A model generated the notes under the pieces. It was not told the DNA's origin, did no database searches, and saw only the letters and a list, made by a program, of their open reading frames with translations. Both the position numbers and the translations under genes were made by a program. From contig CALVZA010000014.1 in NCBI GenBank assembly GCA_944372415.1, forward strand, positions 1 through 55,742: DNA of 55,742 nt, written 5' to 3'. Positions 39,436-48,961 of the stretch are shown in pieces (within the stretch, counting starts at the first letter, position 1; the number at the start of each line of letters is the position of its first letter). This DNA is from an uncultured Bacilli bacterium. Lineage in GTDB: Bacteria > Bacillota_I > Bacilli_A > RF39 > UBA660.

Positions 39436-39687
39436 CTATTCCGTAGCAGTAGCATCCTTATCATCACAAATCAAACCAGTTATTACATTTCCTTCATCAT
39501 TATAGTAACTACAAGACAAAGTGCCATCACCGTTAGACTTACAATTAAATGCTTGAGAACAATAAGTTTGCTTTTGCAAAGCTGTTTTTATACTTGGCCA
39601 AATCAATGTAGTAAACAATACTCCTACAGCAGCTATTGCAACTACTGCAACAGCAGTCATACTTAATTCTCCACTTGCTTCTTTCAT
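39436..39687 (-). CDS. Flp/type IV pilin-like small protein
   Basis: MKEASG then hydrophobic helix and a small four-Cys domain; first gene after a promoter. Confidence 0.55.
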   Translation of the reverse strand: MKEASGELSMTAVAVVAIAAVGVLFTTLIWPSIKTALQKQTYCSQAFNCKSNGDGTLSCSYYNDEGNVITGLICDDKDATATE

Positions 39688-39721
39688 TTATATATCCTAT
39701 CCTTTCTTATTATATATTTTT

Positions 39722-39750
39722 ATTATACCAATTTTATATTTAAATACAAG
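39722..39750 (-). promoter_or_regulatory. Sigma-A promoter of the Flp/TadE/TadZ-like genes
   Basis: CTTGTAT ... TG-G-TATAAT (extended -10). Confidence 0.6.
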
Positions 39751-39766
39751 AAAAAAATAACTTTTT

Positions 39767-41230
39767 TTAATCTAATTTTACAATTTTATTATATTTATAA
39801 ATATTAAATTCATCATCTTGATATATATTTTTAATTAATTTGTTATTTTCTAAAAAAATATTTAAATTATTATCTTTAGATATTAAAATATATTCTATAT
39901 TATATTTATCAAATATATCTATATAATTCTTCCCATTTATTTCCATAAACTCAGTAAAATAATCATATTTTTTATTAAATTCTATTGTATATAAATCTGC
40001 TCTACTATCAAACATACATTTAATATCATTAAATAACAAATAACTTCCATACTTATATTCATTATATATTCTTATATTTTTATAATCTAAATTATTTTTT
40101 ATATAATTAACTGCTTCAACTGGATAATTATCTAAAAAATTTTCTTTATTAAATTTATTATAAATATTATTAATACAAGGATACCAAATAAAACAAATAA
40201 TGCAACTACTAATAACTACTGTATAAAAATATTTGTAATTTTTTAATTTAATATTTTTTAATTTTTTTAAATCAATATATTTTACTAATACAAAACTACT
40301 TAATAAAACAAATAAAGTCTCATGCCTTCTAGAAGATAACATCATTATAGTTAATCCTAATAATAAGAAAATATCATTAAGTTTTAATTTTTTATTATGC
40401 AAAATAAACAAAATTATAAAAATATAAACAACTAATAATTTAGTACTCCATAATAATAAAGGTTGATGTTCTATTATATAATATTGAGATACTCCTCTTA
40501 AAGTATTAAATAAATAAGTATAAGGAATAAATTTTAATGGTGTAAGCAATCCCATTAATAAACAAATAATAAATGAAATTATAAGTAATTTAATATTATA
40601 TTTATCATAATAAAATTTAAGATTTAATTTTTTTTGTTTTATTATTTTTACAAATAAATATTCTACAAAGAAAGGTAAAAATAATAAAAATATAAAAGGC
40701 CATACAGCAACATGTAAATTAGCAATTAATAAAGAAATAATAGATAAATAAAATATATATTTTTTATTTTGAGTAACGTTTAATCTAGTAATATTATAAT
40801 AAAACATCATAATTAAACTATATGTAATTATATGTGCTCTACACATTGCATAATTTTTAATTAATATAATTGAAATAATCATTATTATAAAAGAAACTAA
40901 TTTACTATTACATAATTTTTTTAAACAATAATATTGAATAATACCAACAAACATGTAGGCTATTAAAGTAAAAATATATATGCCTTTATAAGAAAAATAT
41001 TTATATATAACAAATACTAATACATCAAATAACCAATGTGGATATGTATAACTTAAACTATTAATCCATGAATAATGATCTTTAAAATCAATGCCATATT
41101 TAAAAATATCTTTACCTATTTTAATCGAATAAAAAGTATCATTAGTAAAATTAATATCTAAAAAATTAACTATAACTAAAATAAAAGTTACTAATAATAA
41201 TATTATTATATAAAAATATTTCTTAGACAT
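39767..41230 (-). CDS. GT-C fold polytopic membrane glycosyltransferase-like protein
   Basis: Many TMs; first loop NDTFYSIKIG...DHYSW...HWLF, ANLH, YPVEAV, NEYKYGSYL, FDSRADLY. Confidence 0.65.
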   Translation of the reverse strand: MSKKYFYIIILLLVTFILVIVNFLDINFTNDTFYSIKIGKDIFKYGIDFKDHYSWINSLSYTYPHWLFDVLVFVIYKYFSYKGIYIFTLIAYMFVGIIQYYCLKKLCNSKLVSFIIMIISIILIKNYAMCRAHIITYSLIMMFYYNITRLNVTQNKKYIFYLSIISLLIANLHVAVWPFIFLLFLPFFVEYLFVKIIKQKKLNLKFYYDKYNIKLLIISFIICLLMGLLTPLKFIPYTYLFNTLRGVSQYYIIEHQPLLLWSTKLLVVYIFIILFILHNKKLKLNDIFLLLGLTIMMLSSRRHETLFVLLSSFVLVKYIDLKKLKNIKLKNYKYFYTVVISSCIICFIWYPCINNIYNKFNKENFLDNYPVEAVNYIKNNLDYKNIRIYNEYKYGSYLLFNDIKCMFDSRADLYTIEFNKKYDYFTEFMEINGKNYIDIFDKYNIEYILISKDNNLNIFLENNKLIKNIYQDDEFNIYKYNKIVKLD

Positions 41231-41261
41231 ACTTCAATTTTCCTTTCAAAAATAATTATTT

Positions 41262-41288
41262 AAAAAAACTACATTTTTTAATGTAGAA
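41262..41288 (-). terminator. Intrinsic terminator after the adhesin-pilin gene
   Basis: CTACATT-AAAA-AATGTAG plus U-run. Confidence 0.6.
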
Positions 41289-41296
41289 ATTTTAAA

Positions 41297-42160
41297 CTAA
41301 TCTTCACTTACACTACAACTAGTTGCATTAGACGGATCTAATAAACAAGAAACACAAGTTTTATACTTATCCTGTTCAATTAAATTTAACTTTTCACTTA
41401 AACCAAATACAGCATAAACCAAATTTGGAATAAAGAATACAAATAACCCAGCAAATAATCTAACTCCTAAAACTTTAAGTTGCTTATTTAAACTTTTCTC
41501 ATCTTTATCTATAACTGATTTAAATAAATCATATGTTCCAAAACCTATAATTAATAACGGAATGCATACCTTAGCAATCATTAAAAGATATCCAAAAAAA
41601 CGTAAAACCTTTTTCATAGAATTTTCATCACAAGGATTTTGTGCTACATACAAGTCTTCACAAGCAGTTTTATTTTTATTCCATTTACATGCATTCCTAG
41701 TACATTCTTCTTCTATTGTTATAGAATCACATGCCTTACCAGTAGCAACATCACTTCCCGCGCCACTTCCACCATTAGTTCCATTATCAGAAACAGTAGC
41801 ATTTTTCTTAGTAAAAGTTACATCTCCAGCAGATTCTCTATTATCATTATTACTTCTAGTCTGAACATGTGCTTGGCAACTATATGTTCCATTACGTAAA
41901 TCACTAGTAGATTTTCTTCCCGTTATTTTTTCTTTAGTATAATCTCCTGCATATAAAGTTATAGTAGTATTAATATTAGCACCAGTACATTCTAACCAAA
42001 CCCTTCTTATACCAGCAACTGAAGCTTCATAAGAATAAATTAATTCTTCAGTACTAGAATCCCATGTAGTACTTGAAGCTATAGCATGTACATCTACTTT
42101 ACAAAAGGTGAATATTATAAATATAAGTAAAAAACAAGATATCTTCTTATTCATACTCAT
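41297..42160 (-). CDS. VirB2-like pilin with a large Cys-rich N-terminal domain (minor/tip pilin; start MSMNKK)
   Basis: Signal peptide (VHA), beta-rich and Cys-rich region, C-terminal KVCIPLLIIGFGTYDLFKSV...RLFAGLFVFFIP and CVSC. Confidence 0.72.
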   Translation of the reverse strand: MSMNKKISCFLLIFIIFTFCKVDVHAIASSTTWDSSTEELIYSYEASVAGIRRVWLECTGANINTTITLYAGDYTKEKITGRKSTSDLRNGTYSCQAHVQTRSNNDNRESAGDVTFTKKNATVSDNGTNGGSGAGSDVATGKACDSITIEEECTRNACKWNKNKTACEDLYVAQNPCDENSMKKVLRFFGYLLMIAKVCIPLLIIGFGTYDLFKSVIDKDEKSLNKQLKVLGVRLFAGLFVFFIPNLVYAVFGLSEKLNLIEQDKYKTCVSCLLDPSNATSCSVSED

Positions 42161-43265
42161 ATTTATCACCTGACTTGCTAGCAACAAACTTTTTATAAAT
42201 ATAATAAGCACCTGCTAATAACGATAATATAAGTATAATTATAAATAATATTTTAATAAAATTAGACTTTTTCTTAACTTTTATATCTATAGTATAAATA
42301 TTAGTAGAACCATCTTCTGCAGTAACAGTAACTTTTATAACACTTCCATCACTTATATTAGAATTTCCTTCAACAACTACTTTTGCTTTTTCATCTTCAA
42401 CTTCATATTTAATATCAAGTTCTTCTACACCATTATCAACGATTAAAGTATAATTGGTAATATTAGAATTAAAATTAATTTGATAATCTTTTATAGTTAA
42501 TGATTTTAACTTAGCATTATTAGATAATTTTTCATTTACTTTCTTTTTAACATTTATTCTATATTCACTTTTATTACCGTCAGTTCCAGTAACAGTAATT
42601 TTTATTATACTTCCATCAACAACATTAGTATTACCACTAATATCTACAGTACTAGTTTTATCCTCTGGAATAGCGCTAACATTAATTGTATTTACCATAG
42701 AATCAACATCAATATTATAATTATAAACATCACTAGAAAAATTTATAGTTCCACTAGATAAAGTTAAAGAAGCTAATTTTGTATTAGAAACTACCCGCTG
42801 TGTCGTAGTAGTTATTTTAGTTGTAGTCTTTGTAGTTACTCTTTTAGTAGTAGTTTTCTTTTTAGTAGTCGTAAAATATTGTGCTCCACTACTTGTTCTT
42901 TCACAGTCATAATAAACTACCATAGAACAATATCTAATCTCATCATTATTACATACTCTAGAATTATATTTTTCACAAGCACTATTATTTATTACTTCAA
43001 AATATGGAGAAGTATTACCATTAGTACATGTAACTTTATTATTAGTATAATACGTTATAATTGGATTATAATTTTCACATCTAACTTCCATACAATGACT
43101 AAAATAAGTAGATTTATCAGTTAATAAACTATTGTCTTGATACTTACTCGTACAAGTATAAACATTTGAGCCTGACCAAACTTCACTATTTCTATCAGTA
43201 GCATATACCATAGTAGGAAATAATAAAATACTTAAAACTATAAAACTTACTATTTTTTTATACAT
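42147..43265 (-). CDS. Surface protein: Cys-rich domain, Thr/Lys linker, two cadherin-like beta-sandwich repeats, C-terminal TM
   Basis: SNTKLASLTL..FSSDVYNY...VTGTDG..Y and SNNAKLKSLTI..FNSNITNY...VTAEDGSTNIY. Confidence 0.85.
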   Translation of the reverse strand: MYKKIVSFIVLSILLFPTMVYATDRNSEVWSGSNVYTCTSKYQDNSLLTDKSTYFSHCMEVRCENYNPIITYYTNNKVTCTNGNTSPYFEVINNSACEKYNSRVCNNDEIRYCSMVVYYDCERTSSGAQYFTTTKKKTTTKRVTTKTTTKITTTTQRVVSNTKLASLTLSSGTINFSSDVYNYNIDVDSMVNTINVSAIPEDKTSTVDISGNTNVVDGSIIKITVTGTDGNKSEYRINVKKKVNEKLSNNAKLKSLTIKDYQINFNSNITNYTLIVDNGVEELDIKYEVEDEKAKVVVEGNSNISDGSVIKVTVTAEDGSTNIYTIDIKVKKKSNFIKILFIIILILSLLAGAYYIYKKFVASKSGDKYEYE

Positions 43266-43360
43266 AATTTCAACTCCTAAAAAAGAAGATAAATATGATT
43301 ATCTCCTTCTAACAACTATCATATTCTCTATAAATATGATAAACCATTTTAACAATAAAA

Positions 43361-44017
43361 TCAAATATTTTTAAATAAATTAAATTTTTTAACACATACC
43401 ATAAATATAGAAGATATTAAAGCTACAATTCCTAAAACTACAAAGTAAGTATTAACTCCAGTTTTTTCATTATCAACAGTAGAAGAACTACCATAATTTG
43501 AATTATTGTCATTATTATTTTGATTATTATTATTATTGTTTTGATTATCATTAACGACATTATTTAATCCATTATCAGTTTCAAGATTATTACCATTATT
43601 ACTATCAGTTGTACAAGTTACTTGATAATCAACACTCCAATAAGCATCTCCAGAATACTTTTTATTATTATCTTCCATATAATCAGCGGCACCACCAGGT
43701 CCAGAATTTTGATAGTTAATATATTTTTCCCCATTAGTACACTGTACAGTCTTTCTCAAAGCTTCTTCAAAATCAGAAGATACACCCATATAGTCTACAA
43801 CACATTTTGTACCATCACATTTTGAATAACCATATAAAGTTATAATCTCACTTCCAGATACTGGTATTTTATTATTTTTATTTTGTTCATAAGCTGATTT
43901 TAATTCATTAAAATTAGCATCGCCCTCAGCAGCTACTGAATTGGCAGCATTAACAATCAAGCTTATTGAAAATATGCAAAATACTACTGACAAAATAATT
44001 AATACTCTATTTTTCAT
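43361..44017 (-). CDS. Surface protein with Cys-containing domain, Asn-rich linker and LPXTG-like (NEKTG) sorting signal
   Basis: Signal peptide (VNA), NEKTG, TM helix, basic tail. Confidence 0.7.
   Translation of the reverse strand: MKNRVLIILSVVFCIFSISLIVNAANSVAAEGDANFNELKSAYEQNKNNKIPVSGSEIITLYGYSKCDGTKCVVDYMGVSSDFEEALRKTVQCTNGEKYINYQNSGPGGAADYMEDNNKKYSGDAYWSVDYQVTCTTDSNNGNNLETDNGLNNVVNDNQNNNNNNQNNNDNNSNYGSSSTVDNEKTGVNTYFVVLGIVALISSIFMVCVKKFNLFKNI
43496..43563 (-). repeat. (AAT)n-rich low-complexity tract encoding an Asn/Gln linker
   Basis: Encodes NNVVNDNQNNNNNNQNNNDNNSN. Confidence 0.7.
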
Positions 44018-44028
44018 ACAATACCTCC

Positions 44029-46719
44029 TTACTCTTCAAAATATTCCTTTCTAGCTTTACTATGTTTCTTTATTACTATTATGCAACTACTCATCAAAAT
44101 TATTACAGCACCTACTATAATTGAAGCAATTTCTATAGTTTTATTAAATGGATCTTTTTTAATATCTATAGAATAAGTTTCATATTTTCCATTTTCTGCT
44201 ACAACTTTTATTCTTACAGTACTAAATCCTGTAAGTTCTTCATTGCCTCTAATAAATACTTCTGCTCTATTACTATTTGGAACAGCAGTTATAACTAAGC
44301 TCTTTTCTTGTTTTATTCTTACTGTATAATCTTTTTTATTCGGACTAAATTTTATTTTATGATTTAAAACTTTCAAATCTTTTAAAGTAGTATCATCAGA
44401 AATATCTAAACCAAACTCTTTTCTTATGATTGTTAGTCTATAATAACTTTCTTGATTTTTACTATTTATTATTTTAATTTCTATAAAATTTTCTCCAACA
44501 TCTAATCCTAATCCAACTGAAGAACCAACTTTATATTCAGAATCACTCTTCTTTTTATAACTAACTATTATTTTACTACTATCATCAGCCAAAATACTAT
44601 TTAAATCAATAGAATCAGTTTGATAATCAACACTCAAACTATAATTTGCAACATCTGATTCAAATGGTAAATATACACCTGGTATTGATAAATCACTTAA
44701 TTGTAAAGATTTTTCTTCAATTATATCTTTTCCCTCTTTAATAAAAGTTAAGACATAAGTTCTTGTGCTACCAGTTTGACTAATAACTTTAATTAATTTA
44801 ACAGTAGTATCTCCCTTAATCTCTACCTTACCTGGTTCATAGCCATTTACATAACTAGCTTTATCACTTGCTATTTCTGAATCTACATTAACACTTGTTG
44901 TATTTGATGGTATTTCAATTTTATAATCAGTAATATTAGAATTAAAATCTACCTTACCAACGCTTGTACTTAGTTTACTTAAAGTATTATCACTTGTTCT
45001 ATCATCAACTCTAGTAACTAATATTGTATAAGTTCTTATTTTACCTTCTTTATTTTGTATTTTTAATAATACAGTATTAACACCATAATTTAAGTTTACA
45101 GTTCTAGGCCCATAACCATCAACATATTTTGAGTCTGTACTAGTTAAAGTTGCATAAACAGAAACAGTTGGACCACTAACTTCAAGTTTATATTCCATAT
45201 CAAATGGATTAAATCCATCTGCTAAAACTTCACTATCTTTTTCTAAATCATTACTTAACATAACATATTTTGAAGAATTTACTTTATCAGAGTTGTAAGC
45301 AACTGTTCTACTAGGAGTCTGAGGATTTCCATTACTATCATATAACTCCAATTTTTTTACTGTAGTAGAAACATTAACTGTATCAAACACTGCGCCACTA
45401 ACTGCATCACTGATATTTCCTTTAGAATCTCTAACCCAAATATACATTATTCCAGGAGAACTTTCTATTGTAAAAGTATTACCATTAATTTTAATCCATG
45501 AACTTCTATCTGTTGGTACTAAATATGTATCACTAACAAAATATGAATCTATTTTGCCTTCATTAGCAGTTGCTTTAACAGATATAGTTCCTTTACCACT
45601 ACTATTAACTACACCAGAAGTAACTGATAATGTAGGTTTTGCTTTACTTCCTTTAGTACATGACACAGAATAAGTTTGAGTACAAATACCATTTTTACAA
45701 TCTTTTTTCCCTTGGGCTTTTATTGCTGTTTCATCAAAATAATACCCCGCTTCAGTATCACAAGAGTAATATTCTTCCAATCTATCTTTTATTTCAGAAA
45801 TAGAAGTATCTTCATCATAACATAGTGGATAACTGCCTTTTTTTCTCATTTTAGTAATTATCTTATTAGAACATTTTTTTTGATTATCTTCTATTTCAAG
45901 CTTTTTACATGCTTTTTTTGCATCATCTGAACTATTTTTAAAAGAATCTATATCAATAGTTCCATTCACATTTTTTTCAGTTTCATCAAATTTCAAAATT
46001 TTTGTGTAATTACAAGCATCATCATCACAAGTTGTTACATATATAGCTTCACCGCAAGAATAATCCGACCCATTAATAGTAACATATTTCCACCCTTCAT
46101 CTTCTTCTGTAGCGGTCGCATTTGAACAAGTACGATTAGCCCCTTCAAATGTATTAGCTATTCTATCTCTTCTAATTTTTCTTAATTCACCTTCTCTTGT
46201 TCCATAGCAATATTCACCATCAGACTCTTTATTACAATAATCTATCCAAAATTCATTACCACATTCTAAATCTTGTAACCCTTCTGGCTTAGAAACTTCA
46301 GCATCTTCTTGTAAATATCTCCAACCACCTACTTCTTCTCTGTAACAAGCATAATAAACAGTATCACCATAAATTTCTGCAGTCTTATCACCTTTTTCAA
46401 TAGTTACGTCAGTAATAGTGCCATCGCCACCTTGGCATAATGGTTTACCATTCCATACAGTCTTAGTCCATCCAATTAAATAACCTTCATCATATTTACT
46501 ATACATTTCTGATGATTTATAAGGAAAATCTAAAGTTTGACCACTAGGAACAGTCCCAGAACAAAAACCATCTCTAACCCAATTAGTTCCATTATCACAT
46601 TCTAAACCATATCCATAATTTTCATCAAAAGAAACAGTAAAATCATCTGCATTTACATTGATATTAAGAAAACCACACACAGTAAAAGTAATCAACAAAC
46701 TAAACAATATCTTCTTCAT
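44029..46719 (-). CDS. Large surface adhesin: Cys-rich N-terminal half, about four cadherin-like beta-sandwich repeats, C-terminal TM (start MKKILF)
   Basis: Signal peptide (VNA); many Cys in the first ~360 aa; repeats such as SDNTLSKL..FNSNITDY...RTYVL and SDDTTLKDLKV..FSPNKKDY...VVAENGKYETY. Confidence 0.85.
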   Translation of the reverse strand: MKKILFSLLITFTVCGFLNINVNADDFTVSFDENYGYGLECDNGTNWVRDGFCSGTVPSGQTLDFPYKSSEMYSKYDEGYLIGWTKTVWNGKPLCQGGDGTITDVTIEKGDKTAEIYGDTVYYACYREEVGGWRYLQEDAEVSKPEGLQDLECGNEFWIDYCNKESDGEYCYGTREGELRKIRRDRIANTFEGANRTCSNATATEEDEGWKYVTINGSDYSCGEAIYVTTCDDDACNYTKILKFDETEKNVNGTIDIDSFKNSSDDAKKACKKLEIEDNQKKCSNKIITKMRKKGSYPLCYDEDTSISEIKDRLEEYYSCDTEAGYYFDETAIKAQGKKDCKNGICTQTYSVSCTKGSKAKPTLSVTSGVVNSSGKGTISVKATANEGKIDSYFVSDTYLVPTDRSSWIKINGNTFTIESSPGIMYIWVRDSKGNISDAVSGAVFDTVNVSTTVKKLELYDSNGNPQTPSRTVAYNSDKVNSSKYVMLSNDLEKDSEVLADGFNPFDMEYKLEVSGPTVSVYATLTSTDSKYVDGYGPRTVNLNYGVNTVLLKIQNKEGKIRTYTILVTRVDDRTSDNTLSKLSTSVGKVDFNSNITDYKIEIPSNTTSVNVDSEIASDKASYVNGYEPGKVEIKGDTTVKLIKVISQTGSTRTYVLTFIKEGKDIIEEKSLQLSDLSIPGVYLPFESDVANYSLSVDYQTDSIDLNSILADDSSKIIVSYKKKSDSEYKVGSSVGLGLDVGENFIEIKIINSKNQESYYRLTIIRKEFGLDISDDTTLKDLKVLNHKIKFSPNKKDYTVRIKQEKSLVITAVPNSNRAEVFIRGNEELTGFSTVRIKVVAENGKYETYSIDIKKDPFNKTIEIASIIVGAVIILMSSCIIVIKKHSKARKEYFEE

Positions 46720-46802
46720 ATTAATTCTCACTTTCTTATTTTTCTAATTTAATAATACTATAATTAAATTAATAATTCAATATAAATCTCATAAAAAAAT
46801 GA

Positions 46803-47231
46803 TTACTCACAAGAATAATCATTTATATAATTTCTAAATAAATTATAATTTAACTTATTATCTTTAATATAACTAAAATCATCTTCTTTAATAGATAATA
46901 ATTTAAATAATTCACTTTTTAAATTAATATAACTTTCTAAATCACTATAAACATATTCTAAAGTTGTATCATCATATTTAATTTCCATATTAGAATACTT
47001 ATTAACATCAATCTTCTTCATATAATTATTAATATTATAATCAAATATATAACTAAATCCCATATAACTTATATCATTATCACTATATTCTATACTTATA
47101 TATTCTTCATAATTATTGTATTCTTTATAACAATATAAATTATATTTTTCAGTATCACTTTTATTTATATCTTCAACTTTTTTACACCCAATAAGACATA
47201 AAAAACATATAACAACTATAATCTTCTTCAT
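46803..47231 (-). CDS. Lipoprotein of unknown function
   Basis: Lipobox LIG-C; Tyr-rich mature domain. Confidence 0.7.
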   Translation of the reverse strand: MKKIIVVICFLCLIGCKKVEDINKSDTEKYNLYCYKEYNNYEEYISIEYSDNDISYMGFSYIFDYNINNYMKKIDVNKYSNMEIKYDDTTLEYVYSDLESYINLKSELFKLLSIKEDDFSYIKDNKLNYNLFRNYINDYSCE

Positions 47232-47233
47232 AA

Positions 47234-48865
47234 CTAAACTTCTTGAATAACAGCAATAATCATAGGCTTACACTCAGTTTCATTATAAAAATATTTACTT
47301 AAACTTTCTCTTATTTCGAGCTTAATATTATTAAAATCAACAAAATTATTACTAATATTATTTTCTATTATTTCTAAACTTATTTTCTTTACAGTATCTA
47401 TCATTTCTTTACTATCTTTTATATATATAAATCCACGTGTAGTAACTTCAGGACCAACTAACACATTCTTAGTAATCTTATCTAAAGTAGCACTTATTAG
47501 TACAATACCATTTTCACTTAACATTTCTCTATCTTTAATTACTAATTCTCCTATATCATCATTAGAATTACCATCTATTAGAACATCATTTATTTCTATT
47601 TTATCATAACATTCTACAAGTTTTTTATTTTCTATTTTAACAACTTCTCCATTAGTTTTTAAAATAATATTATTACTATCTATTCCTAAACTGTTAGCTA
47701 AATTAGCATTATTAACCATATATCTATATTCACCTTCAACAGGCATATAATATTTAGGTTTTAATAAATTTATCATAAGCATTAAATCTTCTTGTGAAGC
47801 ATGATGAGTTATTTCTTTATCTTTAGATATATTAATAGTATCAGCTCCTAACATAGCTATTTCATTTTCTAATTTAACTATTATTTTTTCGTTTTCATCA
47901 TACCTTGGCTCAGCAAAAACAATAGTATCATCTTTAGTTAATTTAATAAACTTATCATAACCACTAACAATTCTGTCTATAGCCGCATAAGGCTTTTCTT
48001 TATCATCACAAACTAATAATAAAGCATTAGCATCATTTACATTACTTAAATCTCCCATAATATCTTTATAGTTTTCTAAATATCCCTCATCAATAGCCAT
48101 ATTTATAACACTTTGTAACTTTTTACCCATAACTACTACTTTTCTTCGAGTAGATTTTGCAGCCTCAAATATTTCTTCAATCGTAAATAAATGAATTGGT
48201 AAAACAGTAAATATTATTCTACCTTCACTTCTATTTATAGAATCTCTAAAAAAATTAGTTAATCTATGATCAGGACTAGTATGTCCAGGTCTTTCTGAAA
48301 AAGCAGAATCACTTAACATACATAATACCCCTTGTTTACCAATATAAGCAATTTTTCCTATATCCATACTGTATTTTCCACTCATAGATGGATCTATAAT
48401 AAAGTCCCCAGTGTAAACAATAGCACCATCTTTTGTATTAATTACATACATAACAGCATCTGGAACACTATGAGTTACACTTATAGGAAATAAAGATATA
48501 TCATCAAAAGTAATTTTTTTATGAGGTTGTATTTCATAAATGTTAGAACCAAATCCTTCTAACTCTAAATATTTTTTAGTATACTTTGTACAATATACTT
48601 TTACATTAGGTAAAAGTTCACATAAATCTTTAACACCACCCATATTCTCAGGATGTGCATGTGTTAAAAATATACCAACAATTTTATCTTTATTTTGAAC
48701 TAAATAACTATAATCAGGAATAATATAATCAATTCCAAACATAGTATCATTAGCATACTTTAAACCACAATCTAAAATAAATAATTTATTATCAATTTCA
48801 ATTACATATGTATTTTTACCATTTTCGTTTAATCCACCTAAACTAACTATTTTAATCTTATTCAT
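47234..48865 (-). CDS. rnjB: Ribonuclease J, J2-type (degenerate metal motif)
   Basis: LGGLNENGKN, THAHPEN in place of HxHxDH, HSVPD, YTGDF, HHASQEDL, KPMII. Confidence 0.85.
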   Translation of the reverse strand: MNKIKIVSLGGLNENGKNTYVIEIDNKLFILDCGLKYANDTMFGIDYIIPDYSYLVQNKDKIVGIFLTHAHPENMGGVKDLCELLPNVKVYCTKYTKKYLELEGFGSNIYEIQPHKKITFDDISLFPISVTHSVPDAVMYVINTKDGAIVYTGDFIIDPSMSGKYSMDIGKIAYIGKQGVLCMLSDSAFSERPGHTSPDHRLTNFFRDSINRSEGRIIFTVLPIHLFTIEEIFEAAKSTRRKVVVMGKKLQSVINMAIDEGYLENYKDIMGDLSNVNDANALLLVCDDKEKPYAAIDRIVSGYDKFIKLTKDDTIVFAEPRYDENEKIIVKLENEIAMLGADTINISKDKEITHHASQEDLMLMINLLKPKYYMPVEGEYRYMVNNANLANSLGIDSNNIILKTNGEVVKIENKKLVECYDKIEINDVLIDGNSNDDIGELVIKDREMLSENGIVLISATLDKITKNVLVGPEVTTRGFIYIKDSKEMIDTVKKISLEIIENNISNNFVDFNNIKLEIRESLSKYFYNETECKPMIIAVIQEV

Positions 48866-48913
48866 ATAATCTCTTCTTTCTAAAAAATAATTCCAAGTTA
48901 AAAACGCATTGTA

Positions 48914-48942
48914 ATTATAGCAAAAAAAAAAGCATTTGACAA
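48914..48942 (-). promoter_or_regulatory. Sigma-A promoter of rnj overlapping the upstream terminator hairpin
   Basis: TTGTCA-17 nt-TATAAT with TG extension. Confidence 0.7.
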
Positions 48943-48953
48943 TATTAAATACT
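48924..48953. repeat. 30-bp hairpin/promoter element, copy 1
   Basis: AAAAAAAAGCATTTGACAATATTAAATACT; 28/30 identical to 55570-55599. Confidence 0.8.
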
Positions 48954-48961
48954 TTTAAAAA

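Noticed and set aside
23695-39687. Calling the T4SS block an ICE or integrated plasmid
   Set aside because: No integrase, relaxase, replication gene, att repeats or tRNA target visible; cannot be fully excluded without the rest of the genome
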